Positions 46,382-56,235 of a DNA stretch of 64,000 nucleotides are shown one piece after another; within the stretch, counting starts at the first letter, position 1, and each line of letters opens with the position of its first letter. The position numbers were made by a program, and so were the translations under genes. The stretch is from Candidatus Latescibacterota bacterium (GTDB lineage: Bacteria > Latescibacterota > UBA2968 > UBA8231), in NCBI GenBank assembly GCA_965204725.1, contig OZ242005.1, positions 5,248,001 to 5,312,000 of the forward strand. The letters run 5' to 3'. The notes beneath the pieces were generated by a model that was not told the origin of the DNA, searched no databases, and saw only the letters and a program-made list of their open reading frames with translations.

Positions 46382-49318
46382 CTACAATCCGGCAAAGACC
46401 GAAAGGAACACGAGGCCCGAGGTCTTCCGCTCCGCATCTCCGCCCTTAATCTCCAGCGAGCGCCGATCAAACCGCACCCCCACCTGAGTCGTCAGGTCGT
46501 ACCCGGCATAGGCGCGCGTGCTCGTCAGTTGGCAGGCCAACACCGTGCCGCGAAAATCGCCGGTCCGCTCTTGGGCCGCCAGTGGCCCTTCGTCGGTTTC
46601 GAGGTCGTAGAAGTAGCGTCCTTCAATGCCTACCTGCACCTGAGAGCTGTGGAGAATCGGGAAATTCGCCAGCACCATGTAGAGCAGGTCGTAGCTGCGT
46701 TCCCGCAACGCACTGCGGCTGAAGGGCACGCGGCGCGTAAATTCGCTCTTAATGCGCGGGGAAATGGCGACGGACTTCCACGAGAACGAATAGGAGACCT
46801 TGTCGATCAACCCGACAAAACTCGACATCTCGCGGCCATTGCGGCCCGCAGGGCCCAAGGGATCGAAGGCCACCACCGGCCCACCCGCGTCGTCCAAGAG
46901 CACCCGGCCCTGCTCGTCCCGGGCTAATACCGCCTCGGCCTCGCGCTGCTTCCACACCTCCATTTTGAAGCGGTGGCGGGTGCTCCAGCCGCTGGGGTTG
47001 TCGTACTCCCAGTCCGAGTAGAACGTGTTGATCCACGTATTTTCAGCGGCCAGCAGGTCGGGCACGGGCACATTGCTGCCCGCTGTCTCGCTGAATTGGC
47101 CGAACTCGGCGCGCGGCACGATCCACTGCACGAGGGGATCCTCGATATTGTCCTCGGCCCGCCGCACCATGTCGAAGAGCCGCCAGCGGCCCAGCGTGGG
47201 GTGGGTCTTGGTCAGGGTAAAGATCCCGTAGAAGGTATCGTTGTCGCGGGCGGCTTGGCGCATGGCTTGGCGCAGGCGGCCGACTGTGAGCCGAATTTCG
47301 GGATTGACTTGGACGCTGGTGTAAAAATTGTACCCCCAGTGGTCTTTCTTGTAGGGATAATCGGGCTCGTCGTCGTTTTCAAAGCGATCGACCCAGCCGT
47401 TGTTGTTCAAATCAATGCCAAAGAGAAACTCGGGCCGGTCCACCTCGTAGCGCAGAAAAGGCTCTTCGTAGTCCGGGAAAAAGTTCTGCCGCTCGCCGTT
47501 GCTGTTTTGGTTGAAGTCGGAAAGAAAGTCGCCGTTTTCGTCGTACCCGGGAAAAACCGCTGGATCGGCCACGCCGTTGGCCCGCACCCGAAACGTCTGC
47601 CCGGGAATGGGAATCAAGCTGCCCTGAAAGCGGCGCAACTGATCGGGATGCCGGTCGTTGTCGTCGTTGTCATCGACAAAGTCATAAGACTGGATGATGG
47701 CTTCGGGCGAATAGTCAACCAAGCCACGGCCATCCACGGGCCGCACGTTGGTGCTGTATCCGTCGTCCATCCCAAAGCCTTCGAGAAAAAATCGCCACGG
47801 ACCAAAAGCCCGCGCCACGTTGACCATGTAGGCCACGTCGTGCCGGTCGCCGACCGTGCCGGCAATGGCCTCGTGCTTCTTTAGGGTCGTCGTGGGGTAC
47901 TTGCGATACCGGGTGCTGACGTTGAACTCGCCGTAGAAGTCGAACCCGTACCAATCGCGCATCTCAGCGGTGAAGCCGTATATCTGGCTCGCGGTGGGCA
48001 GCCCGTAGTCAAAGGCCACCTCTTGCTGATTGAGGCGGTTTTTGATGTTGCCGGCCGCGCGCGCCACCTGAAGAAATTGCGGCTGATCTACCGGATTGGT
48101 CTGCCGGTCGGACGCGACTTCCACCCGGTAATCGTTGGCCAGAATGAGTCGAAACCGCACCTTCTTGATCGCGGTCACCGCATCCTCGGCCTCGGCCGAG
48201 CTCAGCCCCAAGCTCTGCTGCAATAGCAGGCGCAAGGTCCCTACTTCGTCTTCCCCGTCTTCGACCGCCAGCGGGTATTTGAGCGTTATGCGCTCCGGGC
48301 CATCGGCGGTGAGGAAGCCGTCGCGCACCTTGCCCCCTTCTCGCAACGGGCGGTAGCCTATGCTGCTGCCAGTGATGACCGTATCCCTCGGCACCAAAGC
48401 CACGCTGTCGCCGGCCGCCACCTCGCGCATCAAAGTCGTTGTGATCTCCACATCGTCGCTGAAGAGCACGGCCCCGCCCTCGCCGTCTTCGGGCGAATCG
48501 TCGGACAGCCGCACGACGAGCAATTCGAGCCGCCGGTCCAACTGGCCCGAGGTCAGCAAACCCGTAAAGGGGCTTTCCTGAAAGCTCTCCAAGGCCCCGT
48601 TGTTGCTGTGGGAATTGATAAAGGTCGTGCCCAAAGTCAAGTGATCGCCGACATCGGCCTCAAAGCGCAGGGCGGATAAATTGGTCGCGTTTTCTAGCTG
48701 CCGAGTCGGAAAATCTGGGCTGATGTCGATGATTGGCGACGAGATCCGCGAAAACAACCCGGTCCCCCGCAAGCGCTGGCTGGCCAAGCTAAGCACCACG
48801 CCATTGAAGCCGGTCTTGCGAAAAGTCAGGGGCGTGAGCGTCGTAAAAAGCTCGTCCCCGACCACGATCGAATAGCTGTAATCGCCGCTGGTATCCGAGG
48901 AGATGATGAGGCGGTTGAACCAGCTTAGGTACTCGCCGCGTTTGGTGACCTGATTGCTGGCGCTGGTCAGCGGTTGGGTTTGCCGCCAATCGTAGATGAG
49001 CCAGCCGCGGGTGATCAAATCGCCGTAGGGATCGTAAAAGTAGAACCCCTCTTGGCTGCGCGACACGTAGCGGAGAAAAGGCTCGCGCGCATAGTTGGTG
49101 TACTGCCACTGGCGGCGGCCGTACTCGGTAAACAGCTCCTGCGGCAAGTACCAGCGCTGAATGGTTGGGTCCAGCGCGTCGATCAGCACCGACCGGCCCG
49201 CGGCCGAGAACACGCGGCGTTCGTCGGCTCGGTGGCCGAGGCGATTGCCGTAGTCGATCTGGGCATGGACCGCACAGGCGCACAGGAGCAGCACCCATTT
49301 CGCTCGCAACGCGCCCAT
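46382..49318 (-). CDS. Large secreted acidic protein, putative outer-membrane beta-barrel, paralogue A
   Basis: Signal peptide, YGNRLG, DxDxN-type acidic loops (DDNDDNDRHPD, GYDENGD, IDLNNNG), amphipathic beta-strand pattern to the C-terminus VFLSVFAGL. Confidence 0.55.
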   Translation of the reverse strand: MGALRAKWVLLLCACAVHAQIDYGNRLGHRADERRVFSAAGRSVLIDALDPTIQRWYLPQELFTEYGRRQWQYTNYAREPFLRYVSRSQEGFYFYDPYGDLITRGWLIYDWRQTQPLTSASNQVTKRGEYLSWFNRLIISSDTSGDYSYSIVVGDELFTTLTPLTFRKTGFNGVVLSLASQRLRGTGLFSRISSPIIDISPDFPTRQLENATNLSALRFEADVGDHLTLGTTFINSHSNNGALESFQESPFTGLLTSGQLDRRLELLVVRLSDDSPEDGEGGAVLFSDDVEITTTLMREVAAGDSVALVPRDTVITGSSIGYRPLREGGKVRDGFLTADGPERITLKYPLAVEDGEDEVGTLRLLLQQSLGLSSAEAEDAVTAIKKVRFRLILANDYRVEVASDRQTNPVDQPQFLQVARAAGNIKNRLNQQEVAFDYGLPTASQIYGFTAEMRDWYGFDFYGEFNVSTRYRKYPTTTLKKHEAIAGTVGDRHDVAYMVNVARAFGPWRFFLEGFGMDDGYSTNVRPVDGRGLVDYSPEAIIQSYDFVDDNDDNDRHPDQLRRFQGSLIPIPGQTFRVRANGVADPAVFPGYDENGDFLSDFNQNSNGERQNFFPDYEEPFLRYEVDRPEFLFGIDLNNNGWVDRFENDDEPDYPYKKDHWGYNFYTSVQVNPEIRLTVGRLRQAMRQAARDNDTFYGIFTLTKTHPTLGRWRLFDMVRRAEDNIEDPLVQWIVPRAEFGQFSETAGSNVPVPDLLAAENTWINTFYSDWEYDNPSGWSTRHRFKMEVWKQREAEAVLARDEQGRVLLDDAGGPVVAFDPLGPAGRNGREMSSFVGLIDKVSYSFSWKSVAISPRIKSEFTRRVPFSRSALRERSYDLLYMVLANFPILHSSQVQVGIEGRYFYDLETDEGPLAAQERTGDFRGTVLACQLTSTRAYAGYDLTTQVGVRFDRRSLEIKGGDAERKTSGLVFLSVFAGL

Positions 49319-52131
49319 TACTGGATTCCGGCGTACACGGTGATGAAGCTAGTCGTCGAATTGCTGCTTTCGCTGCCCTTGGCAAAGCCGCTGTCTTGCT
49401 CTAGCACCAACTCTTCCTGAGTGCGCCCGTAGCGCAGGCCGATCTGGGTCGTCAGGCGATACCCCATGTAGTCCGAGGAATTAGACAGTTGCACGGCCAC
49501 GTTTATGCTGCTCTCGTCGCCCGTTTCCGTGGTGATGCCGTTGGCGACCATGGCGTCCTCGTCGCGCATCAAGTCCCGCAGCAGCAGTTGCTCTACCCCT
49601 CCCATGAGCACGGTGTGCTTGAGCACTGGCAGTTGAGCCAGCAGCATAAAGCTGCCGGTCCACTCCTTGCGCTCGTCCTCTTGCACCAAAAACGGCGTGC
49701 GCCGCAAGTATTCGCTCTTGAACTTGGGCTGGAGGCTGAAACGACCCAAGTCGTAGGTATAGTCGAACTTGTTGATCAAGCCGAAGAAGCTCGTGTCGGT
49801 CCGCAGGCGGCGGCCGTCTATGTCGCGGGGATCGTCTTGGTTTTGGCGATAGAATTCGTACTTGAACTTGTTGATGATGTTGAGCCGCTCAATGCCCACG
49901 TAGTCGAACCCGAGCCACAGCGAATTGACCCAAGTGTCTTGGGCCGGCAGAATGTCGGGGACTAGGGGCTGGATGGCCGGGGCATCGACGTAAGGCGTGG
50001 GGGCGCGCCGGTCGTCTGGAATGGTGTCGGCGACCTTTTTCAGCGCGTCAAAAACTCGCAACCGCCCCACGCCCGGCACGTCGCGGTCAAAGGTAAAGAG
50101 CGCGTACTGGACGCGGCTCGAGCGATCGGCCGAGATCATCTGCTCGTCCGCCTGCCCCAAAGTCAGCCGCGTCCCCGGCACGATCTCGGCCCCGGCGAAC
50201 ACATTGTAGCCCTGCCGGTCGGTCTTGTAGGGATAATCCGGCAAGTCGTCGTCCTCAAAGCGGTCGATCCAATCGTTGTTGTTCAGGTCGATGCCAAAGA
50301 GGAATTCGGGCCGGTCCACCGCATAGCGCAAGAACGGCTCTTCGTAGTCGGGAATGAGGTTGTTGACCGTGCCGTTGTCGTTTTGGTTGAAGTCCGAGAT
50401 AAAGTCGTTGTTCTCGTCCCACCCGGGAAAGATGAGCCGGTCGTTGGCCGAACCCGCGCGGATCCAGTCGGGGTATTGGTCTTGGTCGTCGTTGTCCTCG
50501 ACGAACTCGTAGAAGTTGCGCTGGGAGTTGTCGTACTGGATGTCGCCGTTGGCATCAACCAAAAAAGCCGTGGTCGAATACGCGTCGTCCATCGCATAGA
50601 CCTCGCCGAAGAAGAACCACGGATGGAACTGACGGGAGAGGTTGAAAAACCAAGCGTCGGACTGCTCAGTGGCAATTTTGTGGTTCTTGCCCGCCGTAAA
50701 CAGCGCGGCGTTGGGATACTGAAAGTAGCGCTTGTTGCGGTCCCACTCTCCATAGAAGTCAAACCCCCACAGCCCCTTACCCTCCACCGTAAAGCCGCCG
50801 ACTAGGTTGCCCGTCGGCAGGCCGTAGTCAAATTTGACGAGTTGGAGGTTGGAAATGTCCTTCACGTTTCCCTCGGCTCGCCGCAGGGTAATCAGCGCCG
50901 GCTCGCTGGCGTCGATGGTCTCAGCACTCAGGGGTGCGGCCGGCATGGCGCGGCGGCCCGTCTGGCGGTCGGACCACATCTCCACCTTGAAGTCATTGCC
51001 CAAGACGTATTCAAATTCGACGGCCACGATCGCGGTGGGGTCTGGCCCGATGTAGGCCGGATCGTTGAAGTCGTAGTTGAGCACGATGCGCTCGTACCCG
51101 TCGGCGGCCGTGTACCCCTGCCGTTCAAACCCGCCGAACTTAATCGGCCACTCCGCGCCGGCGCGCACGACCTCCTCGGCCTCAAACACCTGCTCCTTGT
51201 TCGTCTCAAAGTCGCGGCTGATGATGCGCACCCGGTCGCGGAACAAAGCCGCGCCCCCCTCGCCGTCCTCGGGCGTGTCGTCGCTGAGAATGATGGCAAT
51301 GGCCGTCAGCGGCGTACTGCTCTGGCCGGAAGTGAGGCTGCCGGCGATCAAGTCGCCGCTGAACAGATCGAGCGTGGTGTTGGTATTGCGGGCATCCACT
51401 AGGGTCGCGCCCACCTCGATGAAGTCGCCGACCTGCACCGTGCCGCGCCCGCCGAACATGGTCGTGGTATTGGTGCGGGTCTCCGGCTCGCGAGTTTCGC
51501 CCAAAATGGGGTCGCTGATCCGCGAGGCGAGAATCGTGCCGGCGTATTTGTCGGCCATGAAGTCGATCTGGACGCCATTGAAACGAGGCCGCGAGAAGGT
51601 CAACGGCGTCAGGGTCGTGCGCAGCAGATTGCCGACCGTAATGGCATAGTAGTACTGGCTCTGGGAGTCGCCGCCAATGGTGACCCCGTTGAACCAAGAG
51701 TCGAAGCGGGCATTCTGAAAGATGCTGCTGCCGAGTTGGCCGGGTTGGTTTTGGCTCCAGTCGTAGATCAGCCAGCCGCGCCCGATGAAGTTGCCGTAGA
51801 AATCGTAGAAGTAGTCGCCTTCGCGGTGGATGTTGACATAGCGCCGAAACTCTTCCTTGGCGTAGTTCGAGTACTCCCACTGCCGCCAGCCGTATTCATT
51901 GAAAAGCTCTTGGGGGATGTACCATTTTTTAATAGCTGGATCGAGCGCGCCAAACAGGACCCCCGGTCCGCGCGGCTCAAAGCTGACCGCCCCGCCGCGC
52001 TGGCGGCCCAAGCGGTTACCATACTCTTGGGCTTGGGCTTCAGCCGTGCCGGCCAACAACGCCAGCGCGGCCCAACCAATCAGCCCCCACATTCTAAACG
52101 CTTGCAAGTCATCTCTCCCTAATTTTTGCAT
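49318..52131 (-). CDS. Large secreted acidic protein, putative outer-membrane beta-barrel, paralogue B (start may be ATG 52092)
   Basis: Shares YGNRLG, WY.PQELF.EYG.RQW.Y.NYA, YEEPFLRY.VDRPEFLFGIDLNNN with 46382..49318; 1-nt overlap; ends FITVYAGIQ. Confidence 0.55.
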   Translation of the reverse strand: MQKLGRDDLQAFRMWGLIGWAALALLAGTAEAQAQEYGNRLGRQRGGAVSFEPRGPGVLFGALDPAIKKWYIPQELFNEYGWRQWEYSNYAKEEFRRYVNIHREGDYFYDFYGNFIGRGWLIYDWSQNQPGQLGSSIFQNARFDSWFNGVTIGGDSQSQYYYAITVGNLLRTTLTPLTFSRPRFNGVQIDFMADKYAGTILASRISDPILGETREPETRTNTTTMFGGRGTVQVGDFIEVGATLVDARNTNTTLDLFSGDLIAGSLTSGQSSTPLTAIAIILSDDTPEDGEGGAALFRDRVRIISRDFETNKEQVFEAEEVVRAGAEWPIKFGGFERQGYTAADGYERIVLNYDFNDPAYIGPDPTAIVAVEFEYVLGNDFKVEMWSDRQTGRRAMPAAPLSAETIDASEPALITLRRAEGNVKDISNLQLVKFDYGLPTGNLVGGFTVEGKGLWGFDFYGEWDRNKRYFQYPNAALFTAGKNHKIATEQSDAWFFNLSRQFHPWFFFGEVYAMDDAYSTTAFLVDANGDIQYDNSQRNFYEFVEDNDDQDQYPDWIRAGSANDRLIFPGWDENNDFISDFNQNDNGTVNNLIPDYEEPFLRYAVDRPEFLFGIDLNNNDWIDRFEDDDLPDYPYKTDRQGYNVFAGAEIVPGTRLTLGQADEQMISADRSSRVQYALFTFDRDVPGVGRLRVFDALKKVADTIPDDRRAPTPYVDAPAIQPLVPDILPAQDTWVNSLWLGFDYVGIERLNIINKFKYEFYRQNQDDPRDIDGRRLRTDTSFFGLINKFDYTYDLGRFSLQPKFKSEYLRRTPFLVQEDERKEWTGSFMLLAQLPVLKHTVLMGGVEQLLLRDLMRDEDAMVANGITTETGDESSINVAVQLSNSSDYMGYRLTTQIGLRYGRTQEELVLEQDSGFAKGSESSNSTTSFITVYAGIQ

Positions 52132-52142
52132 AATCTGAGCAG

Positions 52143-54386
52143 CTAGTACGCCACCCCGACGACCCCGATTTTCCGCACTTGGCCCGTGCCGGCGCGTAGC
52201 GAGACGCTAAACGTGTAATGCCCCGGCGGCACGTACCCTCCGTCGTCGTCCCGGCCATCCCACGGCTGGGCAAAGCGGCCACTGATGGCCTCGCTATCGA
52301 CCAAGGCCCGCACCAAGCGGCCGGACAGATCGAAAATCGACACCTGCACTGGCGAGGGCCGCACGATATTGGTGATGTCGTACTGGACGAGGACGCGGTC
52401 GTTGGTGCCATCGCCGTTGGGCGTAAACACCGGCGAATTCACGGCCACATTGGCCAAGAGCTCCTTGCTGATGGGCACGGCCACCGAAAGATTTTCTTCT
52501 AGCGGAGTGCCCACCGGCTGGAGGTCGGAGTCGGCAAAGCCAGCCGCGCTCAAGTCGGCGGCATTGCCGGCCACGACGCCCTGCCCAATGGTCGTCTCGA
52601 CCGCACGGTTGAAGGCCCGGCCGACAAAGGTCGTGCCAAAGCGCAACACCCCGTTGTCGAATTCCACCTCCAAGACCGCCCCGTCTTCTTGGATGAGCGG
52701 GAAGGAAATGGCAAAGCGGTCGTCGCGCACTTCGTCGATGGAGATGCCATTGCTGGCTTGGGGCAAGTTCGCCAAGGACGCGCCGGAAAAATCCGCCTCT
52801 TGGACCGCGCCGCCGGGCCGCTCAATGCGCACGCGCCCGATGGCCTCGACTCGCAGGGGGGTCTCTATCTCAAAGGCGTCAAACCCGCGCTGCTGACCCG
52901 AGGACTTGTTGAGCACCGCGTACAAAAACCGGGTGTTTTTCCCCACGGCCGCGGAGCGCGGCGAGATCTCGGCGATCAGCTCTTGGGCAAAGGGCGGCGA
53001 AATCGCGTCGAAGGCCAAGCCGCCTACGGTGGCCGCCGACTCAAAGTCGTCGCTAAAAAAGTCAATGGAAAACTGGAAGTAGCGGCGCGGACCCGGCGAG
53101 CTAATTGGGACGCCGGCACCGTCTATGGGGAGCTGGTCTTGGCTGACGATGCCGGACGCCGAATAGGGGGGAGACCAGCCGCTCCAGTTGTTGACATCGT
53201 CGCGGATGACTCCTTTGTCCTCGCCCCGCAACGCGCTGTAATCGGCCTCGTCGAGGGTGACGAGAGCTTGCTGGTCCAGCGGCAGATCCTTGAACACCCC
53301 GAGGGCCTCGCGCACATCTACTTCGTCGTTGTCCAGCACGTTTTCGACGAGGGCCTTTAGCTCGGCATCCTCGATGTCTTCGGCCCGCTTCCACGGCACC
53401 TCCACATTGGCCGTTGAGGTGCCCGAGCGATTGCCCGCTCGAGCGCCGCCGCCCACGCGGAAGATGCGCTCGCCCGGACGGACCTTGTTGAATTCGACCG
53501 GGGCCGGATCGACGCCCGTCCGCGTGCGAATGCGCAAGCGGGACAGATTTGCGTCGCCTCGGGCGTCTTGGACCCAGCGCAAGTTGCCGAACAGGGCCAA
53601 GTCGCCAAAGTCGAAAATGTTGGACACATAGCTCGCTTCGGGCACAAAGCCCGTGCCGAAAATCTGGAACTCGGCCATGTCGAAGCCGGCCGCAGTCAGC
53701 ACCTTGAGCCGCACGAAGCGCACGTATTGCGGATCAATGCGGACATCGACCACGGGTTGGTCGTTTTGGGTCTCGACCGCGACGGTTTGCAAAATCGGCA
53801 CGCCTTCAAAGGAGTTTTCCGGCGTGCCATCGTTGATGAAAATCTCGTACCCGCGCAGGAATTCGTTTTGGAAGGGAAATTCGACCGAGGGGAAATCCGG
53901 GTCGCCGTTGCGCGGAAAGAATTTGAAGCGATTGAGGCCAAAGCGCGCCCCGAGATCCAAGTCGATGATCAGCCCCAGCACTCGAGCGCTTTGAGTGCCC
54001 CCAGAAGCGCGCATATCCAAAGCCGTGTCGCCGTCGTTGTCGATCAAATTGGACAACGCCGCCCGAATGGAGCGATTGTTCGGCGAATCAATGCGACCGC
54101 CGCGCAACGGCGAGTTGATGCCGACCGCTATGTTGCGGGTGGTATCGGCGCGCTGGGGTGCGATGAAATAGGGCAGGCCCTCGGGCGCAAAGTCAATGAC
54201 GCCACCGGGGGCGTTGGTTTTTTCAATCGCGGTCGCGCTGCGGATGACCACGGCCGGGAGATCGCCCCCGCCGCTCTCCCAAATCAGGCCCTCTTCGCCG
54301 CCGATGATCACGACTTCCGCAACCGCCGAGACCGCGAAAAACAAGAGGCCGGCCACGAGGCCGGCCGAGCGAAAAGCTGTGTGCAT
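52143..54386 (-). CDS. Secreted discoidin plus FlgD-Ig/CTD protein
   Basis: ATG 54386 signal peptide; LDLG..FGLNRFKFFPR, MAEFQIFG, FTPNGDGTND, WDGRD; ends GVAY. Confidence 0.7.
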   Translation of the reverse strand: MHTAFRSAGLVAGLLFFAVSAVAEVVIIGGEEGLIWESGGGDLPAVVIRSATAIEKTNAPGGVIDFAPEGLPYFIAPQRADTTRNIAVGINSPLRGGRIDSPNNRSIRAALSNLIDNDGDTALDMRASGGTQSARVLGLIIDLDLGARFGLNRFKFFPRNGDPDFPSVEFPFQNEFLRGYEIFINDGTPENSFEGVPILQTVAVETQNDQPVVDVRIDPQYVRFVRLKVLTAAGFDMAEFQIFGTGFVPEASYVSNIFDFGDLALFGNLRWVQDARGDANLSRLRIRTRTGVDPAPVEFNKVRPGERIFRVGGGARAGNRSGTSTANVEVPWKRAEDIEDAELKALVENVLDNDEVDVREALGVFKDLPLDQQALVTLDEADYSALRGEDKGVIRDDVNNWSGWSPPYSASGIVSQDQLPIDGAGVPISSPGPRRYFQFSIDFFSDDFESAATVGGLAFDAISPPFAQELIAEISPRSAAVGKNTRFLYAVLNKSSGQQRGFDAFEIETPLRVEAIGRVRIERPGGAVQEADFSGASLANLPQASNGISIDEVRDDRFAISFPLIQEDGAVLEVEFDNGVLRFGTTFVGRAFNRAVETTIGQGVVAGNAADLSAAGFADSDLQPVGTPLEENLSVAVPISKELLANVAVNSPVFTPNGDGTNDRVLVQYDITNIVRPSPVQVSIFDLSGRLVRALVDSEAISGRFAQPWDGRDDDGGYVPPGHYTFSVSLRAGTGQVRKIGVVGVAY

Positions 54387-54523
54387 AAACCGAAACTCTA
54401 CCAGTAGTAAGCAGGACGGGCCAACGCCGAATGCCGCTGCATTGTTGCCCAAAAATTCGTCAAATCCTAAATTAACTGCCCGTTAAATAAGCGAATAGTC
54501 CCCCCTAGAGCAAGAAATTTTCC

Positions 54524-56233
54524 ATGATCTCAACCCAGCCCTTTCGGCGCGATCGTCGCCTATCGCTCCTGTGTTTCTCCGTCCTTTTCCTCGCGTCCTG
54601 CGGCGGCCAGACCGACCCTCCCGAGGAGCCGGATGTCGTCTTGGCGACCGTAGCCGGCGACCCCATTACGCTCGCGGCTTTCACCGAGTTCAGCACCCTC
54701 ATCCCGGCGGGCATGAAAAAGGGCGACACCCCGCTCGCCAAGAACCGCCAAGTCCTCAACAGCCTAATCGACAAGCGGCTCTTGCTCGCCGAGGCCGAGG
54801 CCCTGCAACTCGCCGACGACCCCGCGATTCAAGCCGAGCTGGCCTTCTTTGCCAAAAACCGCTTGCTTGACTTGTACACGCACCGCGAAATATCGCAAAG
54901 AATCGTCGTTACCGACGAGGAGATGGAGGAGCACTATCGAGCCACGCACCGCGATCGCGCCCTCCGCTTCAGCGGCATCATGCTCAAGACCCGCGAGGAA
55001 GCCGAGGACATTTTGCAGGCCGTGGCCGACGGGGCGCAGTTCATGGAGCTGGCCAAGGGGCACTCGCTGCACCGCGATAGCGGCGAACAGGGCGGCGATG
55101 TGGGAGGCTACAAACTCAAGGACAAGGTCCTGCCGGCCATTGCCGAAGCGATCTTCCCCCTCGCCGTGGGCGAGGTATCCCAACCCATCCGCTTCCAGTT
55201 TGCCGGCGAGCCTCACTACACGGTCTTTCAAGTCACCGACGAGATGCCCCTGCCGCTCGCCGCGTCCGAGCGCAAGGTGCGGGAGGAAATTTTTGGCCGC
55301 AAGCGGGCCGCCCGCTACCAAGCCCTCCTCGATTCGCTGCAAGGCGCGTACGGCCCTGAGCTGCGCGACGAGCCGATTCGCGCCCTCAACCAGCACAGCG
55401 AGCAGGCCGCAGACGACCTATACGCCTTGCCGGCTGCGCTGGGCGACGAGGCCATCGTCACCTTTCGCGGCGGTCAAATCAGTTGCCGCGAGTTCCTCGA
55501 TATGGCGCGGCAAATGCGCGCCGGCCGGCCGGAACTAGCCGACTCCGCGCGCGTCGCCTTCCTCCTCAAAACCGCGATCATTCCGGCCTTTCTCTTTGCG
55601 ACCGAGGCCCGCGCCCTCGGGCTAGACCAAGACCCCGACCTCCTCAAGCGCGTCCGCGACAAGCGAGACGATCTGTTTCTCAACGCCCTGCGGCAGCGCT
55701 ACGTCGATCAGCACGTCACAACCACTCCAGCCGAGGCCCGCGCTTTCTACGATAGCCACCCGAAAAAATTCACCGCGCCGCTGACGACCGAAGTGGTAGA
55801 AATTCTCGTGGCTTCCGATTCTTTGGCCCAGCGGCTCAAGCGCGAAATCCTCGCCGGCGCCGATCCAGCCCCGCTGGCCCGCGCCCACACCCTCCGTCCC
55901 GGTGCCGACCACCACGACGGGCACCTGACCCTCAGCCCCTACACCAAGGCGTATTATCAGGGCATCTACGACTTGGCGCATTCCCTGCCCATCAGCCAAG
56001 TCGGCGGTCCCGTGCCGGTACAGGGGGGCTACTCGATCTTCAAGGTCCTCGACCGCCACGAAAAAAAGCATCCCTACGACGCCACCTCGCGTCGCCGCGC
56101 CACGGCGTACGTAAAGCTCGACAAATCCAAGCGCGGGTACGTGCAGTACGTGCGCGGCCTGCGGGATCAGCACCCGGTCGAGGAGTTTGCCGACGCCATA
56201 GAACGCGCCCTCGGCGCTCCGCCCCCTAACTGA
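54524..56233 (+). CDS. Parvulin-type peptidyl-prolyl isomerase lipoprotein (PrsA/SurA-like, two rotamase domains)
   Basis: Lipobox LASC; FMELAKGHS...GGDVG...L.VGEVSQPI; second domain LARAHT...G.L...VGGPV...GYSIFKV. Confidence 0.82.
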   Translation: MISTQPFRRDRRLSLLCFSVLFLASCGGQTDPPEEPDVVLATVAGDPITLAAFTEFSTLIPAGMKKGDTPLAKNRQVLNSLIDKRLLLAEAEALQLADDPAIQAELAFFAKNRLLDLYTHREISQRIVVTDEEMEEHYRATHRDRALRFSGIMLKTREEAEDILQAVADGAQFMELAKGHSLHRDSGEQGGDVGGYKLKDKVLPAIAEAIFPLAVGEVSQPIRFQFAGEPHYTVFQVTDEMPLPLAASERKVREEIFGRKRAARYQALLDSLQGAYGPELRDEPIRALNQHSEQAADDLYALPAALGDEAIVTFRGGQISCREFLDMARQMRAGRPELADSARVAFLLKTAIIPAFLFATEARALGLDQDPDLLKRVRDKRDDLFLNALRQRYVDQHVTTTPAEARAFYDSHPKKFTAPLTTEVVEILVASDSLAQRLKREILAGADPAPLARAHTLRPGADHHDGHLTLSPYTKAYYQGIYDLAHSLPISQVGGPVPVQGGYSIFKVLDRHEKKHPYDATSRRRATAYVKLDKSKRGYVQYVRGLRDQHPVEEFADAIERALGAPPPN

Positions 56234-56235
56234 AA

